Of a DNA stretch of 64,000 nt, positions 53,332 to 64,000 are shown piece after piece. The stretch is from Antedon mediterranea (taxonomy: Eukaryota > Animalia > Echinodermata). The stretch spans positions 2,594,201 through 2,658,200 of the forward strand of contig NC_092670.1 in assembly GCF_964355755.1 (NCBI RefSeq). Direction: 5' to 3'. Each line of letters starts with the position of its first letter. The first letter of the stretch is position 1. A program made the translations under genes and the position numbers. The notes under the pieces are model-generated. The model ran no database searches. It saw only the letters and a list, made by a program, of their open reading frames with translations, and was not told the origin of the DNA.

Positions 53332-54595
53332 AGCTCAGATACAGGCATGAATTTTAAATATAATATTTGGTTAATTGTACATAAATCAAATATTTGTAAC
53401 AGAAATCAAGACGAAAAAACATAAATTTCCCTTAATATGGTCAAATACAAAAATTTTACACAATTCCTTCCATAAAAACCAGGAAGACTTTTTTTCAGTA
53501 GTTAGGTAGTTAACCTAATGTAGTAACATGTCTTGTGACTCCCTAGAAGGTGAAAAAAGATGGTGGATACACGGTGGATAATTTTTGCTATAGCATGAAA
53601 ATAAAAATCTGAAGTTGAATAAAAATTCCAGAAATGTAATATTCAAGTTATATTACCTATACTTAGTCATCTGATAAAATTTTTTACCACACTGTTATGT
53701 TTGTTTTCAATATGTTATAGATACTGAGACTAGAGACAAATGTAAATACAAGTAAACACTGTTATTTTATTCAGCTCAAGAAGCCGTGTCTCCATAACAA
53801 CTTCGTGTCTCTCCTGCGCCCTCTATCTTGTCTAGAAGATCATATTAATTATTTAGTACAATAATGTAACATCCCTCTTCTTAAGGAAAAGTTGCGGTTA
53901 TGCATAAGTGGATATTATAATAATAAAGAGTTTAATATTATTATGTTGTCTGTGGTCATTATTGTTATTCTCTTGTTATAGTTAACATTAATATTCATAA
54001 AAACAATCACTGCTCAAATTACATAAGTGTTCATTATGATTATTGTCCAACATAACTGTATGTCCATGTAGAGTATGGTTATCAACACTAAAGTCTCAAA
54101 ACGATAATAACTCACGAACAGTCATTGTTCATTAAAAGTTTTCAAACAGTTCCCTATAAAAATTAACTTTCTCTCTAAACAGTTCTGTAACACAACTATT
54201 TACAAACGTGAAGTATCATGGGTGCTTATCTTGTAGTTTATTCCATGATGTGGTCCTTGAATTTCTCTGGCATAGTGTGGGTTCGTTTAGGTCTCGTTTG
54301 CTGGGCTGGTATGATGTTTGTCTTTTGTTTCCCAGTTATTTGTGGTGTGATCGATTGTTTTTCACTAGGTTGTTTGCTCAGGGTGCTAGTTGGTGTAGGT
54401 CGTATGTTTATTCGATCTCGCTGGTATTGTACACCTTCTGGTGTTATTACTGTGTAGTTGCGGTCGGAGGTGCATTGAACAACTTTGGCTGGTTGCCAGG
54501 GAAGTTTATGCTTGGTACAGAGTTCTTGACTTTCCTGTTGAACATTAATGTATATGGTGATGGAATGTCTGATGATATGGGGGTATCTCTCAATG

Positions 54596-56740
54596 CACAT
54601 TCATTTAGACTAGACAAAAAGTAGTGAGCCCTCTAGCGGTCATTTGTGATTTCTGAGATTCATCGAAGCGCGACAACATCACCCGGAAATGATGTGAATT
54701 TAAAATTTTAATAGGGTTAAACTCTTTTAACCAATTGAAAGCCTTAAATTATAGTTTCTTATGAATAATTCATGAGAATAATTAAAGCAAGGGTTGAAGA
54801 AGCATGTGACTTGGTTTGTGGAACAGGATAGCAGTTATGATCGTGTCAGGTAATCATTGAATTTGCTCTTCTTTTTGTTAGATTTTATACGGTTTTTATC
54901 AATAATAATATTGTACATTTTTACGAGACCATAAAAAAATTCCTCAATTTTTGAGTAAACGAGTGACTAAATAAAAAGTTACTATGTAATGTAAATATTC
55001 GTTTGACAAAAAATGGGCATGTTGATATTTTCAGGTATTTTTTAAATGGCGATTGAAATAGGTAAACAAATCACATGTATAACGGTGGTTTGTGCGAAGC
55101 TGGGCCTAGCCTTGATGGTCCAACGCGTACTGCGTGTTAATCAATGCGTATAAGATACACACGTAGTCGTTTAGGCCAATTTTTTTACATGTTTATTTAT
55201 TAATATTAGGCCCCATTCTCATTTATTTTAATTAATGTACTGAATGTACCACACTTTACAACTCTATATAAATTAGATTTTGTACTTGTATTAAATTCAA
55301 ACGTTTTATGGGATTTAAAACAACAAGCTAGGCCTTGTAGTAGGCCTAGGACCACATGCTAGGTTTTTCAGCCTAATTTATCATGCAGTAGGCCTATACC
55401 TCTAGCCCATCTTTCAAATACATATTTAAATTAACATACTTTTTATATTTCTATATTTTTTATAGGATCTGACTCCAGAAAACATTTGCATCACTTGAAA
55501 GCGGCTATTTATGGACAGCATGTTGACATTAAAAAAAATTTGACCAGCTCTTATTAATTAAATGTCTTTTAAATTAAAGGTTTTCATTATAATGAAATGT
55601 ACGGTGACAGAAATTTAAATGATTCTCATAATTGAGGTTTCTCATAGATTTAATATTGAAGGTAAATAAATAAAGCTGTGTGTTATTCTTGCCTTTAGAA
55701 ATAAACATGTTGTTAGTACTATATTATTAGGCCTAGGCCATTATACAAATTAAAACTAAAAAAATACAGTAATCATATTTAAGGCCTACACAGCAGTACC
55801 TTACTTGATTTGATTTTTTTCAAATATTTAATTGATGAAATAAATGAGTTTGACTTTTCAATTAGTTGCCATTTTATTAGTTTCTGTGTGTTTTTATTTT
55901 TATAATTTTATACAACAACTTTAAAGTATTGCGCAGAAGTGATCAAATTATAGTAGGCCTATTTGTATATTATTGTCGCTTAAAATTATGCAGTTAAAGC
56001 ATTTGATTTTAGGGTGACAGAAACGGTTAGGCAAGAAAAGAAATAAATTTGGGAATTTTGTTATGCGGTAAAAATAATTAAACATAATTTACCCCTAATG
56101 CATGTAAATGTAGAAAACATTGCTTATGTTAGCGCGACCGAAACTCGCTACTGGGAATAGAGCCTGCAAAAGCGACGCGTACACACCTACTCGGGCACCG
56201 GCGGAGCGCGATCGATAGTAAATATACCCGATTTCAAATGATCATAAAATTCTTTTAAAAAATATCAACATTTTGATTTTTTGAGGATTAAAAGTAAAGA
56301 TATTGAAATTTAACATAATATTTACAAATATGTATTTAAAAATTCGGAAACAATTTTAGCGTGATATTAAAACAAAGTTTTTAGAGTTCCGCGATTTCCT
56401 ACGCAGGATTTGTTTGTTTTCATTGTTAATGGGCGAATGTTACCTAAACTAGAATCGTTATAAATCTTTTAAATTTGTATTATAAGTAATTTCTTTAGTA
56501 TTCTTAGTAACATCGAATGTCTCTAATTAACTAGCAGATATTTATACTAACTATTGTTCAATAATAAGCGTGTATGAAGTGAAAATCTATAGTAATAATG
56601 TTCTTAGTCAGTTCGCCTCGCTCGCGTGAAGTCTTCGGGTTTCTCAATACAATTCTCAGCGGTAAAGATAGGCTCGCGCTAATGTTTAAATCAAAAGCGC
56701 TCTCAAAACACTTTTTGTCCAAAATTCGCAATATGACGTG
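54596..56740. mobile_element. Chapaev-like non-autonomous element in the Gypsy integrase
   Basis: CAC...GTG termini; GACAAAAAGT near both ends in inverted orientation; 4-bp flanks AATG/AGTG. Confidence 0.6.
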
Positions 56741-57138
56741 AGTGTGAATGCGACAAGAATTTCATTTAAACTCTTTTCCCCTTTCTCTGATTTCTTTAGC
56801 ATGCTTTTGAGTGTTTGTATGCTTCATTCAGCTCTCCCATTTGCTTGTTGGTGGTGTGGAACGCTTGTTCTGTGGATGATTTCGTGGTTGTTGCAGAATG
56901 CTTGCAGTGTTTCACTTGTAAGCTGCGATCCATTGTCTGAAATGATTGTAGTGGGATTTCCAAACAGTGAGAATATGGTTTCGAGCTTTTTGATGACTGT
57001 ATTGCTTGTCGTGTTTATCATTTGGTTTGCCCATATGTATCCTGTGAAGTAGTCAACTGTTAATAGGTATTGCTTTCCTTCAAATTCAAACAGGTCGATT
57101 GCAATGATTTCCATAGCTTCAGATGTATGAATGGGTTT

Positions 57139-58885
57139 CTAAGCTCGCGCTAAGGTCAAATTTTCAGATTTTGAAAAACATTAGCCAAATTGAAAATCCT
57201 TTAGCCAAATTTAAAAAACCATAAAAATTCCAAAAAATGTTTATTAAATAAATAATGCATGTATTTTTTTTTTTTTTTATTTCTTTTACATTTATATTAT
57301 TATTAGGTATCCCAATGAACCTGATTTTCGTTACTGCGATTTTAACACGTTCGTGAAATTTCTAAAAGTGACTTGTCTTTGAAGTTAAAAATATACTATT
57401 TCTTATGTACCCATGAGAATAAAAATTATATGCCTGGAATGATCTTGTTTAATTTAAGGGATTATTTTTATATATTTATAATCTATGTTTATTAAATATT
57501 TTAATAGAAAACGCGAGTTAAAAATGAGGTACAAAAGCCGGCGAGCCGAAATCCGCGCGCTAAAAATAACTTTGGAAAACACCTACCCATTTTCGCACCC
57601 GATCGCACGAGGTCCATAATAGGTGGTAGAGCAATTTTTGTTGCATGTTATCAGGCTTTAAATACTCTTTATTTTGATATGTAAATCGGTTATTATTATT
57701 ATGTACATCCGCCCCAAATGTCAATTTTAACGATAAAAATTGAATTTTTGAGTCTTTCTCATTATCAAAATCTGGCTAATTTAGTATTGAATTGAAGCTA
57801 ATTTATATTTCTGTTTGATAAAACACATCGTTTTATTTGACTTTGCGTGGACCTCGTGCGAAGAGGCCAACAAGACCAACCCCTGAAAAAAATAATCCCT
57901 ACCATAAATATCAGTGTTTACCATTTTCCTTACAGTTCTCCGCTTATTACTAAATTACCGTCGCCCAGGCAATGTGCATGGTATGCATGTATTAGCGCGT
58001 TAATTAATGATTGGATAACCCCCGCAGTGGACTGTTCCATTTTCTGAACTAGTCTTCGCCGCACACGAGGCATGTCGAAAAATGTCGCCTCTCATCATGG
58101 AATATTTGCTTCTAAACGTCAATTTTACCGGTTTATTAAATTATTTAATAAGTGGAATATTTATCAATCTATTATATAAAACAAGAAATGTACCGCAGAA
58201 ATTTAAGAAGCTTTGAATTTGCTATGCAGCTGCCGTAACCCATTCTATGTAGGCGGCCGAAACGCGCTTTGGCCAGGGTTGCCGTTGCAGTATACGCTGT
58301 TTCTTAGCTATTCAATTTAAAGCGCAATTTTCGGTTAGAATAATTAATCGAAAGGGAAATAAAATTAAACATGTTAACATTATACTATTGAGGTAATTAC
58401 TTTGTTAAATTTAAAATTCCCCTTTTTAAATAACAGAACAGCCTCGTTTACGGAAATATTTGTCCACATGTTTCTGTTTACATTTTCTTCTCGAAGTTCA
58501 TTTTCTACGTCGAAGAATAGGGACTTCCCCTTTTATTCGCTCATCATATTACGTCGACAATGGCCGGCCATGAACCAATCACATTAACTGTGTGTCATTA
58601 AAACGTCATCGAGGCACGCTCTGCGCATGTTTAAACAGAACTAAAAAAATTAACACGGCGATCGTGACGTCGTCACATAAAATGCTGTGGTGGTAAAAAG
58701 TGTACCCGAGTCAGAAAGTACCGAAGTGTGGCGAATTCTCGCTCCCATAAGAAGTCACGCCGACCAGGCTAGGCCTAGGCTTGGAAATGTATTTTCGCCA
58801 ATTTGGCGAACGAGGCAATAATTTTTTTCGCCAAATGGAGACTCCAGTCGCCATTGGCGAATTGGCGAGCGGTTAGCGCGGTTTT
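57139..58885. mobile_element. hAT-like non-autonomous insertion in the Gypsy integrase (ends approximate)
   Basis: CGCGCTAA/TTAGCGCG inverted near the ends; (T/C)GCCAA subterminal repeats; integrase coding on both sides. Confidence 0.55.
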
Positions 58886-59168
58886 ACTGGTAGTTTTGAT
58901 TGGCTTTTCTTTGGTGGGTTTGACGTGCATCACAATTGTTTATGATACGTTCTATGTCTGCGTTAATTCCTGGCCAGTATACTGATTGTCTGGCTCTCAG
59001 TCTGGTCTTCTCAGTTCCTTGGTGTTGTTTGTGGAGTATGTTTAGGATTCTTGGTCTCATCTCTTTTGGTATGATGATTCTGGAACCTTTGAGAATTATA
59101 CCATCGTGTATCGCTAGTTCGTATCTATTGAATTGAATTGAAATTTATATTTATACTGGGTAACCTCT

Positions 59169-61907
59169 TCAGTCAAAGACTGGATGTTGCCAATACGCAT
59201 GGGTAGTTTTGTTACACTGGTTTTTTTCGTTTGGCCATCCATTCAGTATAATTTTGCTGAGTTCTTGTAGCATGTTGTCTGCTGCGGTTGCTTTTATTTT
59301 ATCTATGACGAATAATTTCGTATCAGTCAGTTCGTTAATCTGGACATCAAGATCAGGAATTTGAAATGTTCTCTGATTAGTGTCTATGCAGCGCGAGAGG
59401 CAGTCTGCTATCGGGACTTCTTTGCCTGGTACATATTTGATTGTGCCTTTGTAATCCTGCATTTGCAGCATCAGTCGTTGGAGTCTGCTTGGCATTTTTG
59501 AGATGTCCTTCTTGGCAATGTCTTCTAATGGTTTGTGATCAGAGCAGATTGTGAATTCGCGTCCAAACACATAATATCTGAAGTGTTTTATGGCCCATAC
59601 GACAGCTAGTGCTTCTCTCTCAATGTTACTGTAATTTTTCTCTGCAGGAGTTAGCGATTTTGATGCGTAATGTATTGGTTTATCTTGTTGCATGAGCACT
59701 GCTCCAAGGCCTTTCATGCTTGCATCACATTGGATTGTGATCTCTTTCCTGGCATCAAAATAAGCGAGGACTGGAGTGTTTATGATGGCGTCTTTTATGT
59801 TGTCGAGCGCTTTGTCATGGCTCGGTGTCCATTCATATACTGCATCCTTCTGTAGGAGCTTCCTTATAGGCTCTGTTAGATGGCTCAGCTTCGCAAACTT
59901 GGACAGATATTGTACTAGTCCCAAGAGCGATTGCAATTCCTGTTTGTTGGTAGGTGCTTTTAGGTTCTTTATAGCTGTTACCTTTGCTGGATCGAGTGCA
60001 ATTCCTTCTTTGCTGAGTACATGTCCGAAGAGCTTGACGTTTCGCTTGTTTTGGCACTTATCAGGTTTTAGTTTGATGTTTTCCTTTCTACATGCTTTCA
60101 TGACATCTTGTATGGCCTTCTCATGTTCATTACTGGTTTTGGCTGCTATTAAGATATCATCTTTGATGCAGAAGACATTAGGAATATTGCCAAATATGCC
60201 ATCTAGGTCCACTTGGAAAACGTCTTGTGCAGATATCAGTCCGACCGGTAGTCTTGTGAAACAAAATCTCCCGTAAATTGTACTGAATGTTGTCAATAGT
60301 TGTGATCTGTTGGTAAGTGGTATATTCCAATACCCGCTTCGGAGGTCTAGCGTTGAAAAGTATTTCGCCTCGCGCAGATCTGGGAGTATGTCATCTAAGG
60401 TTTTCGCGTAGTAGTGTGGTCTTTTCACAGCCTTATTGAGGTCATGAGGATCCAAACAAATACGGAGTGTTCCATTCGGTTTTGTTACCCAGTCCGTTGG
60501 TTCACGCACTTCCTTTATGATTCCTAGGTCAGTTAATCTGTTTAGCTCATTGCGTAGCGGTATCTTCAGTGCCTCTGGCGTTCTTCGGGCTGGCTTTATG
60601 GTTGGTTCCGCATCTTGTGTTAGTTCGATATCGTATTCATTCTGGATTTTTCCTACTCCTTTGAATGTCTCGTGATTTTCTTTAATGAGTTGCTCTTTTG
60701 TTGTGATGTTTTCACACTCTTCAATATCAAAGTTTGTGCAACAGTTTTGCTCTTTCTCACATGGGTATTGGACAATGTTTAGCTTGCAGCATAGATCATG
60801 GCTGATCAAGTTGTTACCTTTCTCGGTTATGATAAACTCCACATTGTTCAATTTCATCCGATTGTGTTCAACACTACGTGCTGAAACTTTGCCAAGGTTT
60901 TTGATTGGTATGTTTCCATAGCCTGTGAGGTTTACTGACGATTTCTCAGTTTGATGACGGGGACCAAATAGAGCTCTGTATGTGCTGTGATTTAGTATAT
61001 TTTTAGCGGCACATGTGTCAACTTTCGCTTTAAGGCGCATGCTCTGTTGGTGGTCGGTTCTAACTATTATGACAGCGTATTTTACACCTCTGGTTGATCT
61101 GCTTTCGCATGTATCAATGTTAATCACGTCAAGGTCAAACCCGTAGTTTGCTAGGTCAAACCCGTAGTTTGCTGGGTCATCGAGGTCATCTGCGGTCGTC
61201 TGTATTTCATGCGCATGTCTGGGGTTCTTTTGCCCAGACAAGCATTTCTTGGCCCAGTGGTTTCGTTTTCCGCATTTTCTGCATGACTGGCCATACGCTG
61301 GACACTGTCTCGGTTTGTGTACCGTTCCACAATTTTGGCACTCTCGGCTCCCAGATGCGTTAGTGTTTTTGTTTTGCTTTTTGTGTTTGTTGTAGTTAGG
61401 CTTGTTGTAGTTTACTCCCTCTTCTTTGCTGTTAGTCTCGTAATCCAACGCTTTTAATTGCTTGTCTGCTGCCTCGCTGATTCTCAAACTTTCTAGTGTT
61501 GTTTTCAGATCAGTGTTTTTGTCTTTTAGACGAAAGATTCTGGCTTTCGCAGCCGCGTCAGAGCATCCTATTAGTTTGTCTCTTAGCATCTCGTCTTCTT
61601 TCGTATCAAACTTACATTCTTCTGCCAATTGTCTTAGACGGACAGAATATTGGTCGATGGTCTCGCCAGTTTCTTGTTTTGCCGTGTAAAATCTGTGCCG
61701 TTCGTATAGAACTTTCCTTGTGGGCTTAAAATGTTCCTGTAACTTTGCTAATATTGTGTCATGGTCTGTCATTTCTGCGTCTGTGAGCCCTAATGTTTTT
61801 AGTCTCTTACGGCAGTCATCTCCCATGATTGATTTTAGGTCATTGCCTTTGGCGGTGTGATTGCGTAAGCCATGATATGGTGTACGTCGTTGTACAACGC
61901 TACTCAC
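59169..61907 (-). CDS. Gypsy Gag-Pol (zinc knuckles, protease, RT, RNase H), defective
   Basis: CxxC knuckles, VDTCA, LRICLDP, LDLRSGYW, IKDDIL, QCDAS, YSNIEREALA, SDHKPL; small deletions; integrase pieces at ~58885-59130, 56741-57138 and 54238-54595. Confidence 0.9.
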   Translation of the reverse strand: MSSVVQRRTPYHGLRNHTAKGNDLKSIMGDDCRKRLKTLGLTDAEMTDHDTILAKLQEHFKPTRKVLYERHRFYTAKQETGETIDQYSVRLRQLAEECKFDTKEDEMLRDKLIGCSDAAAKARIFRLKDKNTDLKTTLESLRISEAADKQLKALDYETNSKEEGVNYNKPNYNKHKKQNKNTNASGSRECQNCGTVHKPRQCPAYGQSCRKCGKRNHWAKKCLSGQKNPRHAHEIQTTADDLDDPANYGFDLANYGFDLDVINIDTCESRSTRGVKYAVIIVRTDHQQSMRLKAKVDTCAAKNILNHSTYRALFGPRHQTEKSSVNLTGYGNIPIKNLGKVSARSVEHNRMKLNNVEFIITEKGNNLISHDLCCKLNIVQYPCEKEQNCCTNFDIEECENITTKEQLIKENHETFKGVGKIQNEYDIELTQDAEPTIKPARRTPEALKIPLRNELNRLTDLGIIKEVREPTDWVTKPNGTLRICLDPHDLNKAVKRPHYYAKTLDDILPDLREAKYFSTLDLRSGYWNIPLTNRSQLLTTFSTIYGRFCFTRLPVGLISAQDVFQVDLDGIFGNIPNVFCIKDDILIAAKTSNEHEKAIQDVMKACRKENIKLKPDKCQNKRNVKLFGHVLSKEGIALDPAKVTAIKNLKAPTNKQELQSLLGLVQYLSKFAKLSHLTEPIRKLLQKDAVYEWTPSHDKALDNIKDAIINTPVLAYFDARKEITIQCDASMKGLGAVLMQQDKPIHYASKSLTPAEKNYSNIEREALAVVWAIKHFRYYVFGREFTICSDHKPLEDIAKKDISKMPSRLQRLMLQMQDYKGTIKYVPGKEVPIADCLSRCIDTNQRTFQIPDLDVQINELTDTKLFVIDKIKATAADNMLQELSKIILNGWPNEKNQCNKTTHAYWQHPVFD

Positions 61908-62477
61908 GGTTTCACGTTTTTTTACTTGTTGGACGCCTCACTGCAACGTTCTCTCGGCGCTCTGTCGGCGGTGCAGGGGTTAGCTAGCCTAGCTGACTTT
62001 CTCGTTATTTTACGCAAAGGAATCTTGATTAATTCTCCTGTCCTTTGGTCGGGGTCACCATGTTATGTTTGTTTTCAATATGTTATAGATACTGAGACTA
62101 GAGACAGATGTAAATACAAGTAAAGACTGTTATTTTATTCAGCTCAAGAAGCCGTGTCTCCATAACAACTTTGTGTCTCTCCTGCGCGCTCTATCTTGTC
62201 TAGAAGATCATATTAATTATTTAGTACAATAATGTAACACTGTTTATTTTTCGTAGCTTTTTAAAATTCCTCTCTATTTACAAAATTTGTGTACAAAAGA
62301 ATAGAGATTTTACTGTGTAATTTGAACTACTACTACTGATAAGAAAGTGCTTATTTTCAACAAGCTCCTATAACACAAATAAAATCCCAAAAATTATGAA
62401 ACATAGGGGAAACTATAGATTGATAATTATTGGAATGTATGATCAATAGAAATTTTTTGCCCGCACCTGGCCTTTAA

Positions 62478-63470
62478 AGGCGGTGGGGGTGCCATATTGT
62501 CCATAAACCTGTTTAAGTTGCTCGGATATACCGTTAACAAAAGGAACACCATCGGGATTTTTCTAGTACTAGATGTAGGAAGAACTGGATTCGATTTGCA
62601 AGGTGTCTGGTGTTTCTTTACCGTGGCACGCTTAAAACTCCAATCTGCGTATCCACAGCGTTTTAATGCCAATTTAACATGTTTAACTTCATTGTCTTTA
62701 TCAACTTGTTGTGTGACAATAGTATCAGCTCGATGAAAAAGTGTCCTAATCACACAAAGTTTCTGCTCTAGTGGGTGATGGGAGTCAAAAGCCAGATATT
62801 GGTCAGTCTGGGTTGGTTTTTTATACACACTGACCTAACCTCCCATCGGATTGTCTTTTCACAAGCATATCCAGAAAGGGCAGCTGTCCGTCTTTTTTAG
62901 GATCATTGGTAAACTTTATGTGTCAATTCTGGCTGTTAATATGATCAGTAAATTCTTAAACTTTGGATTTGTTGATAATCACCTAAGTATCATCCACGTA
63001 TCGAAACCACACTTTCGAACCACATTTCGCAGATTTTAGAGCTTTAAGTTCAAAATCTTCCATATACATGTTCGCGATGATTGGACTAACAGGAGATCCC
63101 ATAGCGCAACCATGATCTTGTTGGTATAATTGATCTCTAAATTTAAAATATGTGGTGATTAATCAAAATTCAAGTAATCTCACAACTTCTTCCGCGTTTA
63201 AATATGTCCTCTTCTTCCAGGTGGTATCCTTTGACAAAAGATCTTTAACTACTGCTATCGCCCCGTCTACAGGTACACTTGTAAACAAGGCGGTAACGTC
63301 GTATGATGTTTGTACGTCAGTTTCCGATAATCGAATGTCTTTCAACTTGAAGTCCTGCGAGTTTAAAATATGGTGGGTGGATTTGCCGACAAGAGTTGAT
63401 AAAATGTCCGTAACAAACCGAGCTAAGTTGTAAGAAACAGAACCAATACTCGACATTATGGGTCTAAGGC
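62478..63470 (-). mobile_element. Penelope-like element, RT part (decayed)
   Basis: LRPIMSSIGS, SYDVTALFTSVP, GCAMGSPVSP, YVDD, YKKPTQTDQYLAFDSHHP. Confidence 0.9.
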
Positions 63471-64000
63471 GCCTTCGGTAAATTATTTCAAACGACAAGA
63501 ACGCGTTTCGATTTTGACCGTCGTTGAAACGTGTTTGACAATCAACCGTTCTAATTAGTGCATCTAATTGAATATTCATGAGTAGGACCACGTTCCCGAC
63601 ACGCCTTTCCAAACGGAGCCGGAGCGTTGTAGCGCGTTTGTGTCACGCAAACGGCTTCCCTTTGTCTCGCCAGTTCAAACAAAACATCGACGTTCGAACA
63701 CGTTTTTGTCACAGAGTCGCGTTTTCTATTATCTCGGACTCTTGCAAACTAATCGGGGAACCCCCTTTCGCGGCAAACATCACGGTATAATTGGACAGGC
63801 CGTATACGGTGAAGCTAAAACAACGTCTAATAATAATATGGTGAAGCATAAACAAACGGTTTTCGTAGATTTTAAAGTGAAATAAAATGTACAATGTATT
63901 TGTAGCGCAATGATTATATAACCGATCGGCAGTTCACAAATTGTAAAAATAACCGCAATTTAGCTAGGCGCAGTTGATCGCGAGCGAGTGACAGCAAATC

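Larger units (their letters stand above)
53693..62239 (-). mobile_element. Ty3/Gypsy LTR retrotransposon with both LTRs, inactivated
   Basis: 179-bp TGT...ACA LTRs at 53693-53871 and 62061-62239 (4 mismatches counted); PBS TGGTGACCCCGAC (tRNA-Trp-like); PPT AAGAAGAGGGA. Confidence 0.95.
53332..62473. mobile_element. Kolobok-like non-autonomous element hosting the Gypsy insertion
   Basis: TTAA at 53328-31 and 62474-77; AG...CT termini with diverged TIR; removal restores Penelope TAFKPHQT. Confidence 0.7.

Noticed and set aside
53685-53700. Clean Gypsy TSD
   Set aside because: Flanks read ACAC and CTGT; a CTGT TSD requires assuming a 3-bp slippage deletion, so it is not claimed.

Overview
AT-rich, intron-rich animal DNA, probably from a marine invertebrate deuterostome (inferred from the dynein sequence and the transposon spectrum; not verifiable here). 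About 1.2-22.4 kb is the 3' part (~38 exons, AAA1 to stop) of an axonemal outer-arm dynein beta heavy chain gene (DNAH9/11/17 group, + strand). A young 1,554-bp non-autonomous hAT-type element with an 8-bp target-site duplication (TSD) sits inside a coding exon just before the AAA2 arginine finger. A GT in its terminal inverted repeat (TIR) and an AG in the second TSD copy could splice it out in frame (+2 aa), i.e. an introner-like intron birth. A near-identical inverted copy lies about 4 kb upstream. The remaining 24-64 kb is mostly nested mobile DNA: P-like, hAT-like, EnSpm-like, MULE-like, Kolobok-like and Chapaev-like non-autonomous elements, MITEs, decayed DIRS, Rex1, CR1/L2, Penelope and Gypsy retroelements, three tandem arrays and a 5S+tRNA composite SINE-like unit. 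A minus-strand gene fragment with duplicated 45-nt microexons and a DED-like exon is also present. All comparisons were made by eye; transposon superfamily calls rest on termini and TSD length only.
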